A DNA stretch of 64,000 bases from IMG/VR virus record IMGVR_UViG_3300025085_000010, positions 1 through 64,000 of that record; one strand, written 5' to 3'. The translations under genes were made by a program, and so were the position numbers. A model generated the notes under the pieces. That model searched no databases. It was not told where the DNA came from and saw nothing but the letters and a program-made list of their open reading frames with translations. This document shows, piece after piece, positions 18,401-26,400 of this stretch (positions are counted from its first letter, which is position 1; each line of letters begins with the position of its first letter). Source of the stretch: a virus.

Positions 18401-18825
18401 TAAGTTCTCTTGCAGCGAATGATTATTTTGTTGTAAGAAATTCAAATGGTGGTGTTGGATCTACCTCAGTCACTTCTCTGGATACATCTGGAAACACTGT
18501 TGGTGTTGGAACATCCTTCATAGATAATGTCTACTACGTCTCCAGTGCTGAATTTATCTCAACCAGTGTGTCTGGAATAGACACTACTGTTAAGAGAGTC
18601 TTTGTCAAGGTTGACGATTACGCAAGTGGATACTCTGGTATTAATACATCAGACTTCTTTGGATCATTTAGTTGGGGAAGAATTGATGTCACTGGAAGAA
18701 CAGAGACAAACTCTTATTCCGCATATACCGAATCTGGAATCGGTGCAACTGATGGAACTGGCATTTCAACATCAACCATGGTTGTCAGATCTAACTTCTT
18801 GAAATTCAAAAACTATATCGTCTAA
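6403..18825 (+). CDS. gp7: Giant baseplate wedge initiator gp7-like structural protein (4140 aa)
   Basis: Lies between gp6 and gp8. N-terminal QLPTYVREDFP...FYISKGT..SFEILFKALY and internal DNFYYQNFSYSLKS...LNHTLGFKKF are gp7-type segments. Many repeated beta domains. Confidence 0.85.
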   Translation: MSENRVQFNTIVASQLPTYVREDFPLVESFLKSYYLGQEYQGGPIDLIENIDRYIKLDETTNLTESAVLSGDIVFYGKTINVDPGKSPAGTKGFPDSYGLLKIDDEIISYTGKTDFSFTGCIRGFVGITSYRSKINKEEVVFEETASDDHKDGATITNLSCLFLKEFLTKAKHQLAPGFENRTLTPELNQNIFVKQAKDFYISKGTNKSFEILFKALYNKDVELITPRDFLFTPSNAGYRIVNQLVVEAIEGDPENLENATLYQDAYKFDDNLNAAYAPITSIEKIEVGYGKSFYKLSYDGGFNRTSGSAGGLTYGNFNIEPSTKVIGQVAAGTTVLDVDSTVGFGSTGELYVSYSNATTGIASYTSKSLTQFFGVTGISTIILDSTTVGVNTFTYGRSKIDQSEIIKVRVNSVLNSLNAPEDTKGLLKEGTVNIQTLGCADNTFKANKWIYNVSSVYKVAKVELTDSSDNTYKLTLNEANYFKPGNSASLIVSDGTTKKTNIIDVTGEKQLTIKGQGLLDLNLTYKVQRNRRKATSNTFTNLSEYSTDVENVYKSSVDNSYLVSSPSLPYYNAQPINVSPKEFKFSGSFVGTEFEISPGVEHGFYTGDAVYYSAALVDETFIDDSGNSATRKVRGDALFDDGLYFVKRVNSSTVKFAKSRNDILNSKFVSVDSAVTVSESLIKPYRFNSKTLEPQKILRKVSTPKTSEITETTKPGTTGILINGVEILNYKSRDVIRYGKINDIEVLAPGENIDIINPPNLIVNDSVGAGATGFLAISGSLKEVRIKDPGFDYLRTPTLKIDGGNGQGATGFVNMKLIDHNPEFFADLASAKVVIGTASTQSRIGFSTYHKFRNAEQVIYRTSDQSGITGIVTNSTYFVSSIDNVTVRLHPTQSDAISGINTVYLTEHGVGKHSLQSVNKKSVVESINVVTGGSGYQTKKRTAPAASGVSTASDSITIANHDYNSGEKVKYTCNGTIAFGLTADTEYYVTVVDKDSFKLSSVGLSSDREFNYRTKQYVDITSVGVGTHIFNYPAITATLVGEVGINSIGNQTFKSDIEPIFRGQVTSVHLENGGVGYGSSEIINLDFQPQVTIESGIDAQVTPIVNNGRIVNVIVQNSGSRYISVPDLNVNGDGVGAVLVPVIENGSITSVTVVESGGGYNQSSTTIDVINAGSTFNVPVFRANLQNWRVNLFEKNLPYFSADDGSIVDSDNQENLQYVHLYAPRKLRENTFAINQSGATAFGESDLKRTNGAESPSSKHSPILGFAYDGNPIYGPYAYRTKSGGVVTQMKSGYTLDLKANRPSTSTFPEGFFVEDYIHTNSTDESFLDENNGRFCITPDYPEGTYAYFMTIDEKDVSTSGIFKNYKAPKFPYIIGDNYHSIPDDFNFSLSSSADSFENLQNEYRRNTHPYNLIEDDSEYPYIYIPNKLSQTSEVTASSRGTISSIGIVTGGTEYRMNETLVFNNTGTGGDGVFAKVSRLQGKSVTSVSVATSSIENLEIYPGESKGQYILYANNPHNFKNLDVVTISGLSTTSSKIEGSYSVGIQSNRLAFAGIGTTGVAIGATSVTGIVTFFKVTGDLSPFKIRENDILMTGDEKLKVLNVDKINSRIRVLREAEGTTGSSHTIGKFIFEVPRKFTINSGFKTDYTYRQNEQIYFNPVNVVGLGTTAGVGIGTTITFANPGVGVTQKFIQTKALYIRNHNFQTGDQVTYSPGTSGSGIIVQDETNVGVGTTLADGQSLFVAKINDDLIGIATIRVGLGSTGTFVGLANTISTTLFFRSVGTGDTHSFTTNHTVLIGNVDRNLVTVATASTHGLSEPHNIALNVNPKNTKSIAFKYDDYNRRVLVDPIDFTGSEVSTTNSEITLTSHGLKSGDKVLHTATVPSVGLSSDKLYYVNRVDQNTIKLSDTYFDSTQEKPVVVDITSASSGTISPINPPIKLYKDSTVTFDLSDSSLGFIVQGKSYPAFELNFYRDKDFKIIWEKSDNSKVFEIVRSGSVGSSGAKVTLEVNDSTPEFLYYKLDLIDANPDVDTPEVKKQIIVDTEIVNSSQLEISESNYQGTYKIATPSTTSFTYTIKDVPEASSYTTAAGALIDYTTDCTHTYGPIAKIDITGVGRNYETLPGITTVNSVSGRGAILEAKSSNIGKALSTKIKDIGYTYPSDPTLSPSLLYPQIVKIEPLAVFNSIGITSFGKGFAIPPKLVVLDGKTEKLVSDVDLKVTPGSPTVEILKNTKGINNVEPTIIPTQSGAGVGIGTISYDSSTKNVTVQLAVGFSTVNSFPFTVGDKVLIENVSVGVGSTGKGFNSENYDYKLFELTAVNERLGGIGIVTYSMSGLLKSNEIVGVFDDVNSSARIVAKKSFPLFEPLLTTREYFKGEVVTSDSATGIVDSWNSSSDTLIISSNVNFVVGEKIIGESSDSHGLASSITSYNNYYNLDSSSKVIKGWDNDSGELNFELQRMPDNFYYQNFSYSLKSSVPFETWNEPVSSLNHTLGFKKFSDYQLETTNSNSMSVGLSTALTSFSVVNDLQGFASINCFYDFDLVTENNLNLNSKVVSDEIVFSNRILTDYFESVGNRVLSIDDISGQFNSNPRPTAFSVVDTFTLASTRFQKYITYVRDRRFTAQRQLMLVDVMHDNARGYINQYARVETQYDQGSFDFSISGSDGQLLFYPTRSSINDYNIITMSYDIDDEVLGTGNTSFGGVVTVNTDSVEVESGVTKTIVSIAATHSSLKVLVNINPDIGSNTEFEAVELNITNNGSDVAITEYGRLTTNIDGVSAIGLGTYHAYVDGANLKVDFIPTATGIGTTGAINTVQVGLATNSVTGIGTLDLRHAQLEGRTTSISASGSPGITTVAEYTDVYDGAYFLVQVADTTNEEIQLSELVIVDDYVDGTGSYDVDMTEYGNVETSSGLGTFGARVSAAGTVSLVFTPNVSIDAVVNVFKNALSINDDATLPSTVAFTNSSITTKLGEYTGTDSDIKREFMLEHENKQIFERYFEGDSSSVVDISANTIKIPDHFFVSGEKLRYVHVGTASSAVGIATTSFVGVADTTFLPGENLFAVKVDDNLIKIASSAENALKSIPQVVQLESVGIGTSHRFISTNQNAKAIVAIDNVIQSPVVSTAVTSHLANQMSDTDNLLTFSGITSFFGSDLIQISDEIMKIEGIGIGSTNVIRVRREWLGTKIGTAGTGELITKVAGNYNIVDNHLNFVEAPFGNTPIGSTTNPPDERDWTGITTSSSFQGRTFIRSGIENTSNESYHKNYIFDNISSQFNATENEFTLKQNASDVPGISTENAIILVNDVFQTPGLLNQYTLDEAAGITTITFQGTETTPLGSDVGISSYPKGGIIVSVASVEGLGYQSLISAGGTAVVSGAGTVSSVSIANTGTGYRGRNQYEILTDTSSPVGVGSTEIYLEDSNSVYDIISLLNTGDNVTIGVGTFLKSNVTVVSTASTFVRIGVGSTSALEIPTGTQVSIGVTNPTLGYVNVSVANSDIGATTSIFHVGFATIMTGTGNISTEVTVTNDGAEFNSSSYVVVDDPDSYSNLDLTYSASSSGVGTHATIDVVVGQGSSVIDFELKNNGYGYGNGDILTVPIGGLTGIPTTSSFSEFTLTVDKTIFDKFSGWSLGTLQVLDDVGRFIDGARKDFPLSLAGGTVSIVAAKGSNINVQDVLLIFVNNTLQVPGEGYTFAGGSTLNFTEAPKLGDIIEIVFYKGSGDTDVIFRNIIETVKKGDSLQIKNDSSRNQASSLIEDERIVDNIKSTSTVSTNPYFGPGNTNDITLDRPVVWCKQTEDVFVDEIAIGKDRELYEPVINPSAYIIKSVGVGSTAIYVDNLRPMFNPQNENDTDLTFQKKVKFVAQESKTAAAATAIVSGLGTISSISISDGGSGYASAPVVTIGSTVQAVGVGTTALATASITAGVVTNITISNAGTAYTNVSPPPVLIAPPTYSEEEIAVDSYQGDNGIIVGFGTTAVGVGTTQLVLDLHIPYDSFLRESAIAGTAITVSSLAANDYFVVRNSNGGVGSTSVTSLDTSGNTVGVGTSFIDNVYYVSSAEFISTSVSGIDTTVKRVFVKVDDYASGYSGINTSDFFGSFSWGRIDVTGRTETNSYSAYTESGIGATDGTGISTSTMVVRSNFLKFKNYIV

Positions 18826-18830
18826 TCACT

Positions 18831-18838
18831 AATAAATA
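18831..18838 (+). promoter_or_regulatory. Late promoter
   Basis: AATAAATA in the gp7-gp8 intergenic gap. Confidence 0.7.
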
Positions 18839-18856
18839 AAGAAAAACTCTGTTAAA

Positions 18857-20410
18857 ATGGCCGCAATAATTACGGATCAGATTAGAATATTGAATGCAAA
18901 GAATTTTGTTGCGGGGGTAAACAATTCCTCTAATGCATATTATTCTTTTGTTGGTTTGCCAAACCCAGCAGATTATCAATCTACTTGGGATTCTGATCCC
19001 CCTTCACCAAAAGATAATTTTACCGAAGAGGATGATTATTGGGATACCATGATCGCTTTGAAGAAAATTAATTCTGCAGATGCAAAGCAGGTTGTTCCCA
19101 AGAGAACTTGGTCCTCAGGAACGACCTATGACATGTATCGTCATGATTACAGCAGATCAAATACCGCTGTAATTTCTGGATCTACGTCACTGTATCTTGC
19201 AAACTATTTTGTATTAAATAGCGACTTCAGAGTTTATCTTTGTTTGCAAAATGGTATTGATCCCGATAATCCATCGGGAAGACCATCCTTGGACGAACCA
19301 ACTTTTACTGATTTAGAACCTAAGGCGGCTGGCACTAGTGGTGATGGTTATATCTGGAAGTATCTTTACACTATTGCTCCAAGCGATGTAACAAAATTTG
19401 AATCGACTGATTATATGCCAGTTCCTGCAGACTGGTCAACTGCAACTGATAATGCTGCAGTAAGAGATAATGCCGTTGATGGATCTATTAAGATTGTCAC
19501 GATTACTAATAAAGGTGTTGGTCTTGGCACTGCAAACTCGACTTATACTTCCGTTCCAATTAGAGGAGACGGCACAGGAGCAGAGTGTACCATAGTAATT
19601 GATGCTGATTCTAAAGTTAGTTCTGTAACAGTTTCTGCTCAAGGTTCAGGTTACACCTATGGAAATGTTGATTTAGTTGCTGGTGGAGTTCCAACAGGAA
19701 CCACTAGACCAGCATTTGATGTAATTATTCCACCACAGGGTGGTCATGGTGCTGACATCTACAGAGAATTGGGTGCATATAATGTTCTCCTTTATTCAAG
19801 AATTGAAAATGATAATGAAAACCCAGACTTCATTACAGGTAACCAAATTGCCAGAGTCGGTGTTATAGAAAATCCACAACAGTTTGGATCTACAACTTTT
19901 CTTTCAGCAGATAAAGCAAGTGCTCTTGGGGCATTAAAATTAGTTGGGACAGGATATAGTACAGCAACATTTACTGCTGATGCATATTTCATTCAAACAG
20001 TTTCCACAGGAACAACTGCTGTAGGAAGAGTTATTAACTATGATCAGAATACTGGAGTATTGAAATTCTGGCAAGATAGATCTCTTGCTGGATTTAACAC
20101 CGTTGGAACTGCACAAACTCAACCAACATATGGGTTTGATTTGACAGAGTTTACATCATCTCCTGGGACTGGTGGAGCACTGACTATCGTACCATCAACT
20201 GGACAAGATTTGACTATTGATAGTGACTTTACGGGTATATCTACAGTAATAAATAATCGTACATACTATCTTGGTCAAACTTTTACGAGTGGTATTTCTA
20301 ATCCTGAGGTCAAAGCGCATTCGGGAAACATCATTTACGTTGACAACCGACCAGCCATAACTCGATCAGCGAGTCAAAAGGAAGACATAAAAGTTATTTT
20401 GCAGTTCTAA
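18857..20410 (+). CDS. gp8: Baseplate wedge subunit gp8
   Basis: YRHDYS, RVYLCL.N, DGYIWKYLYTI, and C-terminal SGNIIYVDNRPAITRSASQKEDIKVILQF. Confidence 0.93.
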   Translation: MAAIITDQIRILNAKNFVAGVNNSSNAYYSFVGLPNPADYQSTWDSDPPSPKDNFTEEDDYWDTMIALKKINSADAKQVVPKRTWSSGTTYDMYRHDYSRSNTAVISGSTSLYLANYFVLNSDFRVYLCLQNGIDPDNPSGRPSLDEPTFTDLEPKAAGTSGDGYIWKYLYTIAPSDVTKFESTDYMPVPADWSTATDNAAVRDNAVDGSIKIVTITNKGVGLGTANSTYTSVPIRGDGTGAECTIVIDADSKVSSVTVSAQGSGYTYGNVDLVAGGVPTGTTRPAFDVIIPPQGGHGADIYRELGAYNVLLYSRIENDNENPDFITGNQIARVGVIENPQQFGSTTFLSADKASALGALKLVGTGYSTATFTADAYFIQTVSTGTTAVGRVINYDQNTGVLKFWQDRSLAGFNTVGTAQTQPTYGFDLTEFTSSPGTGGALTIVPSTGQDLTIDSDFTGISTVINNRTYYLGQTFTSGISNPEVKAHSGNIIYVDNRPAITRSASQKEDIKVILQF

Positions 20411-20416
20411 AGAATT

Positions 20417-23400
20417 ATGCCCCAACAAACGAACCTCAACGTAGCTCCATACTTTGATGATTTTGATGCAGCTAATGATTACCATAAGGTATTATTTAAA
20501 CCAGGATATCCTGTTCAGGCAAGAGAGTTAACAACTCTGCAGTCTATACTGCAAAATCAGATTGAAAAGTTTGGGCAGCACTTTTTTAAAGAAGGTGCAA
20601 AAGTAATACCAGGAAATATTGGGTATAGTCAATTATATTACTGCGTACAGTTAGAAAATACATATCAGGGTGTTCCAGTATCGGCGTATGCTGATCAGTT
20701 GGTTGGAACAAAAATTACTGGGCAGACTTCTGGGGTAACTGCTTTTGTTGATAATGTTCTGTTGCCTGAGGACTCTGAAAGAGGTAATTTAACACTTTAT
20801 ATTAATTATCTTACATCAAGCACGGGAAATAATTCTACACAAACTTTTTTTGATGGAGAATTGCTGACATGTAATGAAGTAGTAACTTCTGGATTACTTG
20901 GAAATACTACAATTGCTGCAGGATCACCTCTTGCATCTACTTTAACTAATGCTGCGACTGCGACTGGATCCTCTTTCCAAATTGAAAATGGTGTTTATTT
21001 TATTCGTGGAAATTTTATAAACGTTGATAGAGAAAATCTCCTTCTTGATCAATATGGAACAACTCCAAGTTATAGAATTGGTCTGTTTATTAATGAAGAG
21101 ATTGTTAATGCAGATTTAGACGAAACTCTTAATGATAACTCTCAGGGATTTAACAACTATGCAGCACCAGGTGCTGATAGACTTAGAATTTCTACAAGTC
21201 TTTTCAAGAAACCTCTTGACGATTTTAACGATGATAACTTTATTTTACTCGCCACAGTAATCAACGGAGTTCTCCAATCTCAGCAGAAGAAGAAAAAGAA
21301 CTATGGTGGAGTATTTTACGATGATTTAACTGATGTTCTTGCAAGAAGAACTTTTGATGAGTCTGGACATTATTTTGTAAAAGCATTTAATATTAGTGCA
21401 GTCAACTCTTTAAACGACGGACTTGGGAATGATGGTATTTTTGAAACAGGACAGTTTACTCCTAGTGGAACAACTCCAACAGATGATTTAGCTCTTTATA
21501 AGATTGGTCCTGGAAAAGCATACGTAAAGGGATATGAGATTGAAACTTTGAGTGCAAAGTATCTTGATGTAGATAAACCAAGAACAACCAAAACTATTGA
21601 AAATCAAAATATTGCCTATAATACTGGTCCAACATTAAAGATAAACAGAGTATTCAGATCACCAACAGTCGGATTTGGAACTTATGTTGTAAGTCTTAGA
21701 GATCAAAGAGTTGGATCTAATCAACAAACAACTCCTGGAAATGAAATTGGAGTTGCTAGAGTATATGACTTTAAATTAGAGTCTGGGTCATATGATGCTG
21801 CAAATGGAAATGTTAATGAATGGAATCTTGCACTATATGATGTCCAAACTAATGTAGAGATTGCTGTAAACCAGTCAACAACACTTTCTGTTCCTACATT
21901 TGTAAAAGGTGCAAATAGTGGTGCAACTGGATTCTTAAGACATGCAGTTTCTGCGGGAACTGCAGTTACTGTTTATGAAACTGAAGGATCTTTTGTTCCT
22001 TTTGAGAAACTTATCTTTAATGGTATTGAAGGTGGTAGAGTTGCTATTGCCATCACGGAACATGGTATTGCTGACGTTAAATCTGTCTATGGAATGGATG
22101 GATATGATGGAACTTCTACAACCGTTGGCATCAATACATTTAGTGCCGACGTAATTCAATCCACTAAGTTTAGTGCAGGTATTGCCACTGTTAGTGCTCT
22201 GTCTGGTGGAATTAGCACTATTACTGCTAAAAAGACTGCTTTCCCTGGAACTCTTGTAAAAGAGAATGATTTGATTGAATATACTGATACTACAGCAGGA
22301 CTGAGAAATGATCCTATTGTTGCAAGAGTTGTAGGTGTCGCAACAACAACTATCACTGTAGCTGCAGTAGAAGATGTTGTTGGTGTTGCTAGTGCATTTT
22401 TACCAGCAGCAACTTTAGACGTAACAGATTTAAAAGTTCTTAAGACAGACCTTGCATCTATTTCTGATTCGTCTTTATACACACCTTTAGCAAAAAGAAA
22501 TGTTTCTAATGTTGATATTTCAGAAGCGACATTAGTAATCAGAAAAACTTTTAGCGTTGATATTGCTAATAATCAACTATCTTCGCAAGTAGTAGCAGGA
22601 ACTAACGAAACATTCTTGCAATTTGATGAGGAAAGATATTTGTTAACAAGATCAGATGGATCTACAGAAGTTCTTACTGCAGATAAGTTTGATGTTGGTG
22701 CTGACGGCAAAACCTTACAAATCCGCAATTTAAGCACAGATGATACCGGTGCGACTTTAGTTGCTACTCTGAATAAAACCAGTCCAAAAGCAAAAGTTAA
22801 GATCAAGAATAGAGTTAACTCTATTATCGTTGACAAATCTAAATTGGCAGGATCTGGTATTGGATCCACGACTTTAAATAATGGACTTACTTCTGGAAAC
22901 TATCCATTTGGAACCAGAGTTGAAGACGAAATTGTTTCCTTAAACTTCCCAGATATTATTGAAATTCATGGAATCTATGAATCTGCAGACACTTCTGCAG
23001 CTTCTGCTCCAAACATGACTCTACAGTCAATTAATAGTGCATCAACAACCACGACGGAACTATTGATTGGTGAGCAAATCGTTGGTCAAACTAGCGGTGC
23101 AAGAGCAATTGTATCCGAAAAACTTAATGACTCTACAATTACCTTTATTAGAAAAACAGAAACTGTTTTTGTTGAGGGAGAAACTATAGAGGCACAAGAG
23201 TCAAATATTGGCGCAATAATCTCCAGTATTGGAACTCCAAGTTTTAACATTTCTGCAAATTATAAATTTAAAACCGGTCAGGAAGAAACCTTCTATGATC
23301 ATGGTCGCCTTAAAAGAAAAAAAGGAAAATCATCTCCTGCAAAACAATTAAAAATATATTTCTCTAGTGCATTTTTTGATTCTACTGATACTGGAGATGT

Positions 23401-26400
23401 AGTAACAGTAAATTCGTATAATAATTTTGATTATGCTGATGAAATTAGATCTGTAGAAACCTATAGAACCTCAGACATTATTGATATTAGACCTAGAGTT
23501 GCTGAATATACAGTAGATGCTGATGTGAGATCTCCGCTTGAATTCTTTGGAAGATCTTTTAACACATCTGGCCAGACTGCTGCAAATACTTTGGCATCTG
23601 ATGAATCTATTATTCTGGACTATTCATATTATCAAGGAAGAATTGATAGAGTGTATTTGTCTAAGGATGGTAGATTCCAAATCATTTATGGAACTCCATC
23701 AGATGATCCACAAAGACCAGAACCAATTGATGATGCAATTGAACTTTGTACAGTAAGTTTACCACCATATCTCTATGCTCCATCCGATGCAAAACTTGCA
23801 TTCTTGGATTATAAGAGATATCAAATGAAAGATATCAAGAAACTTGAGGATAGGATTAAGAGTCTTGAATACTACACTACATTATCACTTTTAGAAAAAG
23901 AAACTGCAAACTTCTTTGTTCCTGATGCAGAAGGACTGAATAGATTCAAGTCGGGATTCTTTGTAGATAATTTTAATGATTTCTCTGCACAAGAAGATAG
24001 AATCGATATTAATAATGCTATTGATAGAAAGTATAATGAATTAAGACCAAGACATTATACTAACGCCGTAGATATGATTTTTGGACCAGTGGTTGACACT
24101 GATGCATCAGATGATGTCAACTTTGCTGCTATTGAAGGTAATAATGTAAGAAAGGAGAATGATGTTTTAACTCTTGATTATTCGGAAGTTGAATACATAT
24201 CTCAAACTTTTGCAACTAGAACTGAAAGCGTTACTCCTTTCTTAATCAGTTTCTGGAATGGAACTCTTGAACTTACTCCAGCATCCGATAACTGGGTTGA
24301 TACCGCAAGACTTCAAGCTAAAATTATTGATGTTGAAGGTGATTATGCATCTACATTTAATAGACTTGCAGATAATGGGACTATTGATCCACAAACAGGA
24401 TTTGGTCCTATGGTTTGGGATTCTTGGGAAACCAACTGGACAGGTGTTGAAGTTGTGGATGCAACTAGAACAAGAGTTATTAATAATGGACCTGATGTTA
24501 TTCATCAAGGTGAAAGCTGGAGACCAGGAAGAAGCACATCAACTAGAACGGTTACTGACCAAGTAATTGAAGAACAACTCAGAACAACTAGAGAGTTTGG
24601 CACTGTTTCTAGAAATGGTGTTAGAACTATCGTAACAGAACAGTTTGATCAGGAGTCTGTTGGAGATAGAACTGTTAGCAGAGATCTTATTCCATTCATG
24701 AGATCTAGAAACGTTGAGTTTGTTGCTAAGAAAGTTAAACCACTTACTAGACTTTATGCTTTCTTTGATGGTGTTGATATTTCTAAGTATTGCGTACCAA
24801 AACTGTTAGAAATTACTATGTCCTCTGGAACTTTCCAGGTTGGAGAAACAGTTAGTGGTACTAGTGGAGTAATTGCTGGACTTATTGATCAATTCCGTCC
24901 AGACGCACAACCAGCTATAAAATTTAGAGTTGCACAATCTAATCATAGAGAAGGTCCATATGATTCCCCAACTAAAACATATCCACAAAATCCATATTCT
25001 AATATTGACCTAGCATCGACATATTCTTCTACTGCCACGATTTTGAATGTTGATACAGCATCACTTTCGTCAGAAGTAAGAGGAGACTTCTTTGGATATA
25101 CTGCAGCAGGAATGACTCTTGTAGGAGAAACAAGTGGAGCATTCGCACAAGTAACTAATGTAAGACTTGTTTCAGATCTTTCCTCGACCTTGATTGGAAG
25201 TTATTTTGTTCCAAACGGCAACAACATAAATCATCCAAGATTTGAGTGCGGAACTAAAACATTTACTCTTGTAAATGATATTGATAACAATCAGGATGAT
25301 GCAACAACGATTGCTGAAGAATCATTCAGTGCTGAAGGAACTCTAGAAACGGTTCAAGAAAATATTGTCTCTGTTAGAAATGCAAGAGTTGAACTTAAAA
25401 ATGAGTTCCAGAGCAGGAACGTTAGTAGAGATCTTGGAACTGAAGTTGTAAGTTCTGAAGTTATTGGATCTAGAACCAGAACACAAACAATCATTTCTTA
25501 CTATGACCCACTTGCACAGTCTTTCTTAGTTGAGGATGAGACTGGAGTATTTCTCACTAGTTGTGATGTTTTCTTCAGATCTAAGGATGACATGGACATT
25601 CCTGTCGTCTTCCAACTTAGATCTATGAAGAATGGACTCCCAACTTCAAAAGTTCTTCCATTCTCAGAGATTGTTCTTGATCCTGGTGATGTTATTACCT
25701 CTGCAGATGGATCAATTGCAACAAATGTTCAATTTAAAGCTCCTGTTTATTTGGAAGGTGGAACTGAATATGCAATTTGTTTAGCATCTAACTCAACCAA
25801 ATATAGTGTCTATATTTCTAGAATTGGTGAGAATGATCTCTTAACAGATACGTTCATTTCTAACCAACCCTATCTTGGATCTCTGTTTAAATCGCAAAAT
25901 GCTTCTACATGGGAACCAAGTCAGTGGGAAGATCTTAAGTTTACTCTGTATAGAGCAGACTTTATTGAGAATGGATCTGTTGAATTCTACAGTCCTGAAC
26001 TAACGGAAGGTAACAGACAGATTCCTAATCTTCTTCCTGATTCAATTAATCTCAATTCCAGACAAATTAGAGTTGGTCTTGGAACCACAGTGGCTGACTC
26101 TGGATATGAAATTGGCAATACCTTCTATCAACTGGGTACAAACGCCACAGGAGACCTTGTAGGCACCGCTGGATCCGCTACAGGCAACCTTTCGATCACT
26201 AATGCTGGTCTTGGACTTACACCTGCTGATGGAAGTTTCACCTTTGCTGGTGTAAATCTTGTAACTATTACAGGCAACGGTAGAGGAGCAACGGCAGAGG
26301 TTAGTGTCAATAATGGAGCTATTGTTGCAAGTGGAGCAACAATAGCAACAGGTGGATCTGGGTATCAAATCGGAGACGTTCTTGGTATTACCACTATCGG

